From contig DAHUZL010000143.1 in the NCBI GenBank assembly GCA_027306655.1, positions 10,645 to 74,644 of the forward strand: 64,000 nt of DNA. The letters run 5' to 3'. How positions within the stretch are numbered: position 1 is the stretch's first letter; each line of letters begins with the position of its first letter. Position numbers and translations under genes: made by a program. This document shows, piece by piece, positions 10,170 through 17,960 of the stretch. Source of the DNA: Candidatus Dormiibacterota bacterium (GTDB taxonomy: Bacteria; Chloroflexota; Dormibacteria; Aeolococcales; Bog-877). The notes beneath the pieces are model-generated. The model saw only the letters and a list, made by a program, of their open reading frames with translations. It was not told the origin of the DNA and searched no databases.

Positions 10170-11195
10170 CTAAACGGGTCGAACGTCACCGGTCCATCCG
10201 GCACCGTCCCACCGACGCATCTGCCCTGGCGCCTGTGGGTCGGCGTACCAGCCAGCCGGCCAGGTCGGGGTCGGCATGGCTGGGGGACCCACGGGCAGGA
10301 CAGCCGGGGCAGTGTTTGGCACGCTGCCGCCGACGATCTGGTTGACGATGACCGGCGCTGCGCGTTTGGCGCTCATCGCCATCGCGAGCGATACTGCCCA
10401 CCCGATAAGAGTCCAGCCAAGGAGAAGGTTGATCGCAAGTACTGCGCCCTTCTGATGGTGCTGCCTGAAGAGAGCGATGATTGTAGGTAGGAAGTAGAAG
10501 AGGACCGCGAGAACGATCAGGAGGATGAGCACCCCGCCTATGCCGGTCGCTACGGTGGCTGCAGCGACCGAACCACCGCTATGGGTCGCGGGATGCTGAA
10601 CCTGACCCAGGATCAGCCGAGGAGTCTGCCCCGCCGTCGCGATCGGCACGGGTTGGTACGAGTTGAGGATCAGTGTCGCCACATGATGCGCACTTTGGGG
10701 CAGCCAGCAGTCGATCTGAGTGTATCCCTGTTTGGTAACAATGACCAATCCATTGTCCGGGTAGGGATCGTCGGACGAAAGCGCGGCATATGCCAGACGA
10801 GTCGGACTGATGCTGTCCGTGCTGGTCACTCGCACCCCACCGCCGACCTCGGGTTGGGGGGCGCCGGTCCCTTCGTTGTGTGAGCATCCGTAGCAGCCAC
10901 TGAAGACAAGCTGGATCTTCTGCGCTGGATCCGATGGATCCGACCAGACAAGTGTGGAATGATCCGAAGGGTAGCTCTCGTTGTGGAACGTCCAGGACGC
11001 CGGCACGAGTATCGAGTATCCCCAAATTGACGACGTCCGGACTGTAAGTGGTGGCGCTTGGGCCGCCGCTGTGCAAGACCCCAATGCGAGGCCGATGAAC
11101 GCTAGGACTGCGTATTCCAGCCCCTTGAACAGGGGGCTGCGCGGAGGAGTGTTGGAACTACGGGCACCCGGGACGGAAGCGATCAACAAGACCAC
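10170..11195 (-). CDS. Membrane protein: signal/lipobox-like N-terminus, extracellular domain, superinfection-immunity (T4 Imm-like) domain, DUF2510-like tail
   Basis: LALGSC; YFLPTIIALFRQHHQKGAVLAINLLLGWTLIGWAVSL; PAGWYADP...RRWDGAGWT; exact start uncertain. Confidence 0.8.
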   Translation of the reverse strand: MVLLIASVPGARSSNTPPRSPLFKGLEYAVLAFIGLALGSCTAAAQAPPLTVRTSSIWGYSILVPASWTFHNESYPSDHSTLVWSDPSDPAQKIQLVFSGCYGCSHNEGTGAPQPEVGGGVRVTSTDSISPTRLAYAALSSDDPYPDNGLVIVTKQGYTQIDCWLPQSAHHVATLILNSYQPVPIATAGQTPRLILGQVQHPATHSGGSVAAATVATGIGGVLILLIVLAVLFYFLPTIIALFRQHHQKGAVLAINLLLGWTLIGWAVSLAMAMSAKRAAPVIVNQIVGGSVPNTAPAVLPVGPPAMPTPTWPAGWYADPQAPGQMRRWDGAGWTGDVRPV

Positions 11196-11459
11196 CTTGC
11201 ATACCGTGACGAACCGACGCTACACCACGCTCGTCGAGTCCCTCCAACCTATTGACATTTGAGTAACGTGTCAACTTGCTGACTGCCACAACGACGTCAC
11301 CATCGGGCTGCGGAACTTGTCAACCCGTTTTCCTGAGTTCCGCAGCAAGGGTAGGCGCCTAGCCCGGCTAGCAGCGTCTGACGGTCGGCAGGGGGCGTTG
11401 TCCCCAACGGTGTGTGGCGATAGGTCGTGGACGTGGTCGAGCAGCGTCGGGAGGCGGGG

Positions 11460-11682
11460 TGGTGCCAAGGAAGAGCTCCAAGTCGGGCCGGCTGGCCGAG
11501 ATCGAAGGGCCGCGCCAGCCGTGGCGGCGCACGCGCAGGCTGAAGGGAGCGCCCCCGAGCGTGGCGATCATCGGCTCGCGCCCGTCGCCGAAGAAGAGCC
11601 AGCAGCTGTCCTGGAGCTCGCCGCGGGCGGATCAGTGGATGGTGGCCAGGCCGGCGCTGAGGACCTGCGCCACCGGGGTCAC
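11460..11682 (-). pseudogene. Possible rolling-circle replication initiator N-terminal remnant
   Basis: GTG 11682 then VTPVAQVLSAGLATIH*SARGEL...LGGAPFSLRVRRHGWRG, in frame across a TGA (likely TGG>TGA); directly downstream of the FtsK remnant. Confidence 0.35.
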
Positions 11683-11755
11683 TCGACGACCCCCGCTGAA
11701 CTCGGGGCCGTATTTTGCATCCGCGGCAAGACGGGCCCTGCGGGAGCCGGGGCCG

Positions 11756-12264
11756 CCATCGGTCCACCAACGGGTCGGCGCTCTCGGCACGGTCGCAGGC
11801 GACGACCTGGACGACATGGAGGCCGTTCTGGACCGATAGCGCCCGCTCCGGGTGGGGCGGCGGCTGGGCGGCCCGCTCGCCTTCCACGAGAATCCAGCTG
11901 TTCACGGCTGAGCGGACTCGGAACGCCACAATCCCGGTCAGGGTCGCCTTGAGTTGGCTGGAGACGGCATCGGCCTGCGGGCGCTGGGTGGCGCAGAGGA
12001 GGTCGGCGGCCGCCGCCCGGCCTCCCCGCAACCGCCTGCTGGGCGGCGCGGTCGGCTCGGTCGACCAGTCCGCCCGGGCAGGTGACCTCTGCCGGCTCGT
12101 CCACCACTGCCACCAGCCGGGGCCAGGGCGGCCGCTCCTCGGTCATGTCCGCCCACGTGCCGATGGCTGGGATGCCGGCCGCCCCGGAGCGCAGCCGGGC
12201 GCCGGGTCAGTTCCGCCGCCACCGCGGCCGCCCCGTCCGCGGCCGCGTCGAGCGTGCCGGCCAC
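11756..12264 (-). pseudogene. FtsK/SpoIIIE-family DNA translocase, frameshifted C-terminal remnant
   Basis: Across three frames: AELTRR..AGIPAIGTW, PRLVAVVDE (Walker B), GRAAAxxLLCATQRP, LKA...IVAFRVRSAVNSWIL. Confidence 0.75.
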
Positions 12265-12358
12265 CGGGCCGGCGGCATGCGACGCATGGGTGTATCCGAC
12301 CTATGGGGCTATGCGCAGGGTCCGCCGGGTCCGGCCAGAGTGGGTACCATCCGCTTCC

Positions 12359-12586
12359 ATGTCGCCGCTTCCCCGCGTCGTCGGCCGCGACGTTGTCCGG
12401 GCTCTGCGGCGGCTCGGGTGGGCGGTCGTCGTCCAGCAGGGGTCGCACGCACAGCTCAAGCATCCCGAGCGCCCCGGGCGAGTCACCGTCCCTTTACACG
12501 CCGGCGAGATCATCGGACCCAGGCTCCTTTACTCCATCCTGGCCCAGGCCGGACTGACCGTGGACGACTTCCGATCGGCCCTGTGA
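12359..12586 (+). CDS. hicA: HicA-family toxin (mRNA interferase)
   Basis: VVRALRRLGW...QGSHAQLKHP...RVTVPLH...ILAQAGL; catalytic GSH intact. Confidence 0.92.
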   Translation: MSPLPRVVGRDVVRALRRLGWAVVVQQGSHAQLKHPERPGRVTVPLHAGEIIGPRLLYSILAQAGLTVDDFRSAL

Positions 12587-12598
12587 GAGAATGACGCA

Positions 12599-12823
12599 AT
12601 GCGCACGTACACGATCGTGGTGGAACCTGAGGAGACGGGCGGCTTCTCGGTGACCGTTCCCGCACTCCCGGGCTGCTTCACCCAGGGGCGATCCATCGAG
12701 GAGTGCCGGGCGCGCGCTCAGGAGGCCATCGCCGTCCACATCGCTGGCCTCCGGGCTGACGGCGAGCTCGTCCCTGAGGAGGTGGCGGCGCCTCAATTGC
12801 TGACCGTTACCGTCGCAGCCTGA
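12599..12823 (+). CDS. hicB: HicB-family antitoxin (short form, no DNA-binding domain)
   Basis: YTIVVEPEETGGFSVTVPALPGCFTQGRSIEEC...EAI. Confidence 0.92.
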   Translation: MRTYTIVVEPEETGGFSVTVPALPGCFTQGRSIEECRARAQEAIAVHIAGLRADGELVPEEVAAPQLLTVTVAA

Positions 12824-12932
12824 CAGTTCCTTGCTGTCGGGGATTGCCGAGCCGAAGGACTCCCGCAGACGTGCGGCATAGCGTGGCCCTCCCTCCTGGG
12901 TCCGGCCGGGCTGACCGTGGACGACGTCCGGA

Positions 12933-12955
12933 GTTCGAATCCCCGCGCCGGCTCC
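12933..12955 (+). repeat. attR-like direct repeat of the tRNA-Thr 3' end (GTTCGAATCCCCGCGCCGGCTCC)
   Basis: 23/23 identical to 9401-9423; extends to 30 bp with one mismatch (9394-9423 vs 12926-12955). Confidence 0.92.
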
Positions 12956-12989
12956 GGCCCGCGCATCCCGACCGACGTCGGGCGATCGC

Positions 12990-13625
12990 TCAGGCTGGCC
13001 CCGTCACAAGGATGCCCAGCACGGTCGCGCCGTACGTGCGGCACGCGCCGGCCACCCGGACCACGAGATGGGTGAGGGCGACGTCGAAGGACCACACCTC
13101 ACCCGTGAGCGTCGTCATGGTGTCGCGCACGGAGTAGGTTTCATCGCTGCACCGCGGGAGCCCGGCGCCCGCGCGGGTGACGATCGTCCCGAGATTGAAG
13201 CCGCCGACCACGGTCCCCCCTCCGGCGAGCTGCATCGCGAAGGAGCCGCCACGGATCGTCGTCGTGCAGCGGGCGGTCACCGGCGCCGCCGGGCAGCTGA
13301 TCGGGGCCAGCAGGCCGTGCACCACCGTGGCCCGCCAGACCCCGGCCCCACCGGGCGCTCCCCACGAGACGCCCTCGAAGGTGCCGCTGGTGGCCGTCGC
13401 CCCGGGCAGCTCCAAGCCGATCAGATGATCGACCGGGACGATCGCCGCGGACGTCGCCACCGGGGCGGCGATGAGGGACAGGGTTGCCGCCACCATGAGG
13501 CTCTGCCCCCGAATCCCCCCGAGCACGACCCTGATCCTCCTCCACCCGGGCGGTCGCCCCTGCTGCCCGGCGGGCGTCGAGACGCCTGCCGGATCCATCG
13601 TAGGACGGGGGCGTTGGGCGGTCAA
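12990..13625 (-). CDS. Hypothetical secreted protein
   Basis: Signal-peptide-like LMVAATLSLIAAPVATSAA followed by a beta-rich domain with four Cys; start uncertain. Confidence 0.55.
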   Translation of the reverse strand: MTAQRPRPTMDPAGVSTPAGQQGRPPGWRRIRVVLGGIRGQSLMVAATLSLIAAPVATSAAIVPVDHLIGLELPGATATSGTFEGVSWGAPGGAGVWRATVVHGLLAPISCPAAPVTARCTTTIRGGSFAMQLAGGGTVVGGFNLGTIVTRAGAGLPRCSDETYSVRDTMTTLTGEVWSFDVALTHLVVRVAGACRTYGATVLGILVTGPA

Positions 13626-13655
13626 TCCCCGGCGGGGCGGGGCGGAGTCGGCGGG

Positions 13656-13853
13656 TCAGGGGCGCGGCGAGGGGCTGGGGACCGGCCGGCCGGTCCGGCG
13701 GGCGGCCTCGATCCAGGCGTCGGCGGCGACCTCCACCTCGGCGACCGCCTCGTGCGGGGTCGCGCCATGCGCGCTGCAGGCGACGAGATCGGGGACGTCA
13801 GCGATCCAGACCCCGTCCTCGTCGCTCCAGCGGACGTCGATCGGGTATCTCAC
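13656..13853 (-). CDS. hicB: HicB-family antitoxin (second copy, short)
   Basis: YPIDVRWSDEDGVWIADVPDLVACSAHGATPHEAV...W...GRPVP; SD GAGGAG. Confidence 0.88.
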   Translation of the reverse strand: MRYPIDVRWSDEDGVWIADVPDLVACSAHGATPHEAVAEVEVAADAWIEAARRTGRPVPSPSPRP

Positions 13854-14106
13854 GGCTCCTCCTCAGCTGCAGATCGTGCTGACGCACCAGGCTCCCCACC
13901 CGGCGCACCTGGTAGCGCTTGGCCTGGCCGCCGTCCTCCTGGAGGGTCACCAGCTCCTCGACGGCCGGGTGAGCGTAGACGCCGTGCCGGCCTCGGCTCC
14001 CCACCCGCTCGAACCCGAGTCCCCGCATCAACCGCTGCAGGTCGGCCAATGCCACGTTGTCGTGGTGGCGGTCGCGGATCCGGCCGAAGAGCTGATCGGG
14101 GCGCAT
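13798..14106 (-). CDS. hicA: HicA-family toxin (second, divergent subtype; 3' end runs into hicB)
   Basis: DNVALADLQRLMRGLGF...GRHGVYAHP...LQEDGGQAKRYQV; upstream of hicB. Confidence 0.8.
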   Translation of the reverse strand: MRPDQLFGRIRDRHHDNVALADLQRLMRGLGFERVGSRGRHGVYAHPAVEELVTLQEDGGQAKRYQVRRVGSLVRQHDLQLRRSREIPDRRPLERRGRGLDR

Positions 14107-14204
14107 GCCCGAGAGGTCCCGCCGGCGATAGGATTCGGGGCGCGCCCCACGTCCGACCGGCGCCTCCGCCCCCCGTCGGTGGGGCCGGCCCGGTCGGGGT
14201 GAGG

Positions 14205-16019
14205 TCAGGGGACCGGCGCGGTGCAGCCCGGGGTCGATAGCTCGGGATTGGCGCGGGGCGAGCTGATCAGCGTGCCCCCATAGCGCACGGTGTCGGGCCG
14301 GCCGTACTGGGCATCACCCCCGAAGCTGGCCACGGTGGCGGTCGGGATGGTGCCGCCGAAGTTGAAGGCGCACGTTCCCGAGGGAGGGCTGGATCCGACC
14401 GCGGGGGTCGAGCGGCCCACGCTCCAGTAGGGGTAGAAGGCGGCCCCGATCGGCCCGGCCGTGCAGCCCCGGCCGGTGTGGGTGTCGCACAGGGCCTCCG
14501 AGCCGCCCACATCGGTCTCGAACTGGACCTGGGGGTAGCCCCGGCCGTGGGAGAAGGGGCCGATGTACTGCAGCGAGGTGGGATGCAGGCTGCTGCCGTT
14601 GGACCAGTCGGCGAGGTAGGCGCTGCCGTCGAAGTCGAGGTCGCCGTTCTGGAACGTGTTGGCCTGGCAGCCCGCGATCGGCCACCCCACCTGCTGGAAG
14701 GCGCCGTTGACGACCAGCGGCCGCGGTCCCCGCGGCATGCACAGCCCATCCGAGAACTCGCACGGCACCAGCGTGAGCACGAGGTTGTGGAACGGACAGG
14801 CGAGGCCGGCCTCGGTGGTCGGGCTCTGGCAGGCGCCGGTGACCGCGTTGCAGGGGCCCTCGCCGGCCCTCGCCCCCTCGACCCCGCCGACGCAGGTCTG
14901 GGACACCGCCGCATCGACGAACGACTGCCCGCCGGCGTAGGGAACGCTGAAGGGGAAGGGGTGGCTCAGGCTCGAGCACGGCTCGAAGTGGCCCAGCTCG
15001 TTGGCCAGCATCACGCTCCCCTCGGCGGCCGCCCACGGCACCTGGTTCTGCGGCGCGGCGGAGCTGAACTCGGCGTGGAACGTGAACGGGTGGCCACTGC
15101 AGTCGAGGGCGCTGGTGTTCATGAAGCCGTTAGCGGCGCTGGCGGTCATCCATCCCGATTGGCCGGTGGTGAGGTCGGTGACCTCGGTGCGCAGCCCTCC
15201 GACCGAGTCGGTGACGCTCACCTGGAGCTGGTCGCCGGGATTCATCATCAGGGTGGTGGCGTTCGGGGTGAAGCTGGCGACATCGGCCAGCTGCGGGCTG
15301 GGGGGCCCGGCGGGGACACCGTTGCGCTGGAGGAAGGCAAAGTTGACCGGCTCGGTGCAGTTGGGGTTGATGAACTTGAAGCCGTACGTGGCCTCCAGGC
15401 TGTCGATGGTGAGGGCAGCGCACCACCGACCCGCGCTGCAGCTGGGGGCGTCGATGAAGGGGGGATACCCGGGCGGGTAGAACTGCAGCTCCATGAACGC
15501 GGACCCGGCGGCGAGCGGGTCCTTGGTCCCACTGCCATTGCGGTTGCTGTCGGGGATGCAGGGGTTGAGGGGGTACGACTGGGGGTCGCAGAGAGCCATC
15601 CCCAACCACACCGCCGGGACCAGCTCGGCCATGTCGGAGGTGATCGGCAAATGGGTGGAGACGGTCGGCGTTCCCGCGGGGTCGGTCGAGAGCCTCATGT
15701 CGTAGGTGAGGGTGTTGGCGCTGCCTGGGGCATTCGAGAGGAAGCGCACCATCGGCTCGTCGTGGCCGACGTACCGACCGTTGTCGTAGAAGCGGGCGGC
15801 GTCGCCGCCCCAGATCGCGAGCGGATCGGCGCACAGCCCGCCGAGATCGACCTTGACGGAGCGGTAGGTGAGGCTGTGGCCGTTGCAGTCGAGCATGTTG
15901 GTGGGATTGGGGGTGACGCCGCCCACGCTGACGCCGCTCACCGGGACCGCCCCACCCAGGCCGACGGTGGTCCCCAGAAGCGCGGCGAGTGCGAGGACGC
16001 GGAAGCGTGTGGACGGCAT
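14205..16019 (-). CDS. Large Cys-rich secreted hypothetical protein
   Basis: ATG 16019, signal peptide MPSTRFRVLALAALLG...; ~604 aa with 20 Cys by my count; motifs YVGHDEP, AFMELQFYPPG, WCAALTIDSL. Confidence 0.8.
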   Translation of the reverse strand: MPSTRFRVLALAALLGTTVGLGGAVPVSGVSVGGVTPNPTNMLDCNGHSLTYRSVKVDLGGLCADPLAIWGGDAARFYDNGRYVGHDEPMVRFLSNAPGSANTLTYDMRLSTDPAGTPTVSTHLPITSDMAELVPAVWLGMALCDPQSYPLNPCIPDSNRNGSGTKDPLAAGSAFMELQFYPPGYPPFIDAPSCSAGRWCAALTIDSLEATYGFKFINPNCTEPVNFAFLQRNGVPAGPPSPQLADVASFTPNATTLMMNPGDQLQVSVTDSVGGLRTEVTDLTTGQSGWMTASAANGFMNTSALDCSGHPFTFHAEFSSAAPQNQVPWAAAEGSVMLANELGHFEPCSSLSHPFPFSVPYAGGQSFVDAAVSQTCVGGVEGARAGEGPCNAVTGACQSPTTEAGLACPFHNLVLTLVPCEFSDGLCMPRGPRPLVVNGAFQQVGWPIAGCQANTFQNGDLDFDGSAYLADWSNGSSLHPTSLQYIGPFSHGRGYPQVQFETDVGGSEALCDTHTGRGCTAGPIGAAFYPYWSVGRSTPAVGSSPPSGTCAFNFGGTIPTATVASFGGDAQYGRPDTVRYGGTLISSPRANPELSTPGCTAPVP

Positions 16020-16215
16020 GTGAACCCCCAGGTGGTGCGAACCCACCGCATCTTCCCAGCGGCCACCCCGGGCGTCAAGGCGACCCGGCGGGCGCCCGGC
16101 GGCGACCCCCGCCCTACCCGTGCCGTCGAGGCGGCCCGGGCGAGGCGGGGGAACCGCAGGGGTGTCGGGCCGCGTCTCTACGGCAGCAGTCGCCCTGTGG
16201 GGGCGCCGAGGAGGC

Positions 16216-17016
16216 ATGCGCGTGAAGGCAGCGGCACATCGTCCGACGACCCTGGGCCTGGTGGCGGCGGCCGTCCTCGGGGGCGGCTGGTTGCTGGCCG
16301 GATGCGGCGCCGCCGCTGGGGCCTCCTCGATCGCGGCGACGGCAACGAGCGGCGCGGCGGCGTGCGGACGCTCCGCTCCCAAGCTCACCGTCCACGGGAC
16401 CGGCCAGGCCAGCGGCACCCCCAACCTGCTCACGATCCAGTTCCAGATCGGGGTCACCCGCGCGAGCGCGGAGACCGCCCTTGCGGTGGATAACAGCAAG
16501 ACCGCCCGGGTGATGGCCGACCTGGTCCAGGGCGGGGTCCGCCGGGACGACATCCAGACCACCGGGCTCACGATCCAGCCCAACTACGTCTATCCCAACG
16601 GGGTGCAGCGGCTGGCCGGCTACGCCGTCACCAACTCCATCACGGCCCTGGTCCGCGACCTCGGCCGGGCCGGCGCCACCATCGATGCCATCGCACAGGC
16701 GGGCGGCAACGCCACCGTGATCAACGGGCTCACCTTCTCGGTCGCGGATGGCCGCGCGATCGACTCCGCCGCCCGCGTGGATGCGGTCGACCAGGCGGTG
16801 GCGCGGGCCCGGGCGATGGCGCACGCGGCTGGGGAACGGCTGGGGCCGGTGTGCACCCTCACCGACGAGAGCCCGGTCCAGGTCCCGGTCTCGGTCTTCG
16901 GTCCCATCCCGACGGCGAGCAGGGCGGCGGCGCCGTTCGCCCCGGTGCCGCTGGCGGCGGGGACGGAGCAGGCGACGGCGACCGTCACCGTGGTGTACGC
17001 CCTCCAGGTGGGCTGA
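16216..17016 (+). CDS. SIMPL/DUF541 domain lipoprotein
   Basis: SD GAGGAGG, lipobox LLAGC, LTVHGTG, IQTTGLTIQPNY, GYAVTN, AVxxARARA, VTVVY. Confidence 0.88.
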   Translation: MRVKAAAHRPTTLGLVAAAVLGGGWLLAGCGAAAGASSIAATATSGAAACGRSAPKLTVHGTGQASGTPNLLTIQFQIGVTRASAETALAVDNSKTARVMADLVQGGVRRDDIQTTGLTIQPNYVYPNGVQRLAGYAVTNSITALVRDLGRAGATIDAIAQAGGNATVINGLTFSVADGRAIDSAARVDAVDQAVARARAMAHAAGERLGPVCTLTDESPVQVPVSVFGPIPTASRAAAPFAPVPLAAGTEQATATVTVVYALQVG

Positions 17017-17842
17017 CCGCGAGCGGCATCGGCGGACGGTCGGGGGAGGTCTCGGCGAAGGCGGCCCCGGCGGCGCCGTCCACGGTGATCACCGCACCGT
17101 TGACGTAGCTGGAGCGCGGCTGGGCGAGGAATACGATGACCTCGGCGATCTCGCTCGCCTCCGCATAGCGGCCCATCGGCGCTGTCGACCAGCGCGCCGG
17201 GTCGGTGGCGCTGCTCTCGGGGTCGGCGAGCGGGCCCATATGTCGCATCCCGGGCAGGGTGTCTCCGGGACAGACGACGTTGACCCGCACCCCGTCGCCG
17301 ACGAGGTCGCGAGCGAGCAGGCGGCCCATCATGTTGAGAGCCGCCTTGCTGACGGAATAGGCGCCGACGGGGAGGTCGCCGCGCAGCCCCGCATCCGAGG
17401 AGACCAGCACCGCGGCGGCGGGCCGGCTGCGGCGCAGGACGGCTCGGGCCGCCTGGACCGCGACCAGGGGGCCGAGCACGTTGACCGCGAGGAGGTGCTC
17501 CAGGATGTGGGGAGGCGTGTCCGCGAGCGGGGCGACCACCCCGACGCCGGCACAGGCGACCAGGGCGTCAAGCCGGCCGAACGCGGCCTCGGCGGACCGG
17601 ACCGCGGTCGCGGCGCCCCCGGGGTCGCGGGCATCGGCGGCGACGAAATGGGCGGGGATGCCCTCGTCTCGAAGCTGAGCCTCGGCGGCCCGGCCGCGCC
17701 CGGGGTCGCGGCCGGTGACCACGATGCCATAGCCGTCCCGACCCAGCCGCCGGGCGGTGGCGAGGCCGATTCCCGAGGTGCCCCCGGTGACGAGGGCGGC
17801 GGCGGGGACGGGGGCGTGGGCGGGGTCCCGGTCCTGGGCCAT
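16985..17842 (-). CDS. Short-chain dehydrogenase/reductase
   Basis: TGGTSGIG, YSVSK (YxxxK), VRVNVVCPG, VDG. Confidence 0.92.
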   Translation of the reverse strand: MAQDRDPAHAPVPAAALVTGGTSGIGLATARRLGRDGYGIVVTGRDPGRGRAAEAQLRDEGIPAHFVAADARDPGGAATAVRSAEAAFGRLDALVACAGVGVVAPLADTPPHILEHLLAVNVLGPLVAVQAARAVLRRSRPAAAVLVSSDAGLRGDLPVGAYSVSKAALNMMGRLLARDLVGDGVRVNVVCPGDTLPGMRHMGPLADPESSATDPARWSTAPMGRYAEASEIAEVIVFLAQPRSSYVNGAVITVDGAAGAAFAETSPDRPPMPLAVSPPGGRTPR

Positions 17843-17960
17843 CCTGGGATGGTAGCCGGGGGCCACGGCCGGTAGACTGGCGCGGACCGCTGGACGACGC
17901 GTGGGAGGACGCGATGGGCGAGGGAGGCCTGCGGCCGGCAATGGGGCACGCTCCAGAGCG

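Larger units (their letters stand above)
9424..12955. mobile_element. Decayed integrative element/genomic island inserted at the tRNA-Thr 3' end
   Basis: Bounded by a direct repeat of the tRNA 3' end (9401-9423 = 12933-12955); more A/T-rich interior; mobile-element pseudogenes inside. Confidence 0.85.

Noticed and set aside
10116..10490. 124-aa plus-strand ORF
   Set aside because: Antisense to the Imm fusion gene; only its first codons belong to the upstream pseudogene fragment.
12926..12955. Possible second tRNA gene
   Set aside because: Only the T-arm and 3' acceptor strand are present; treated as an att repeat.
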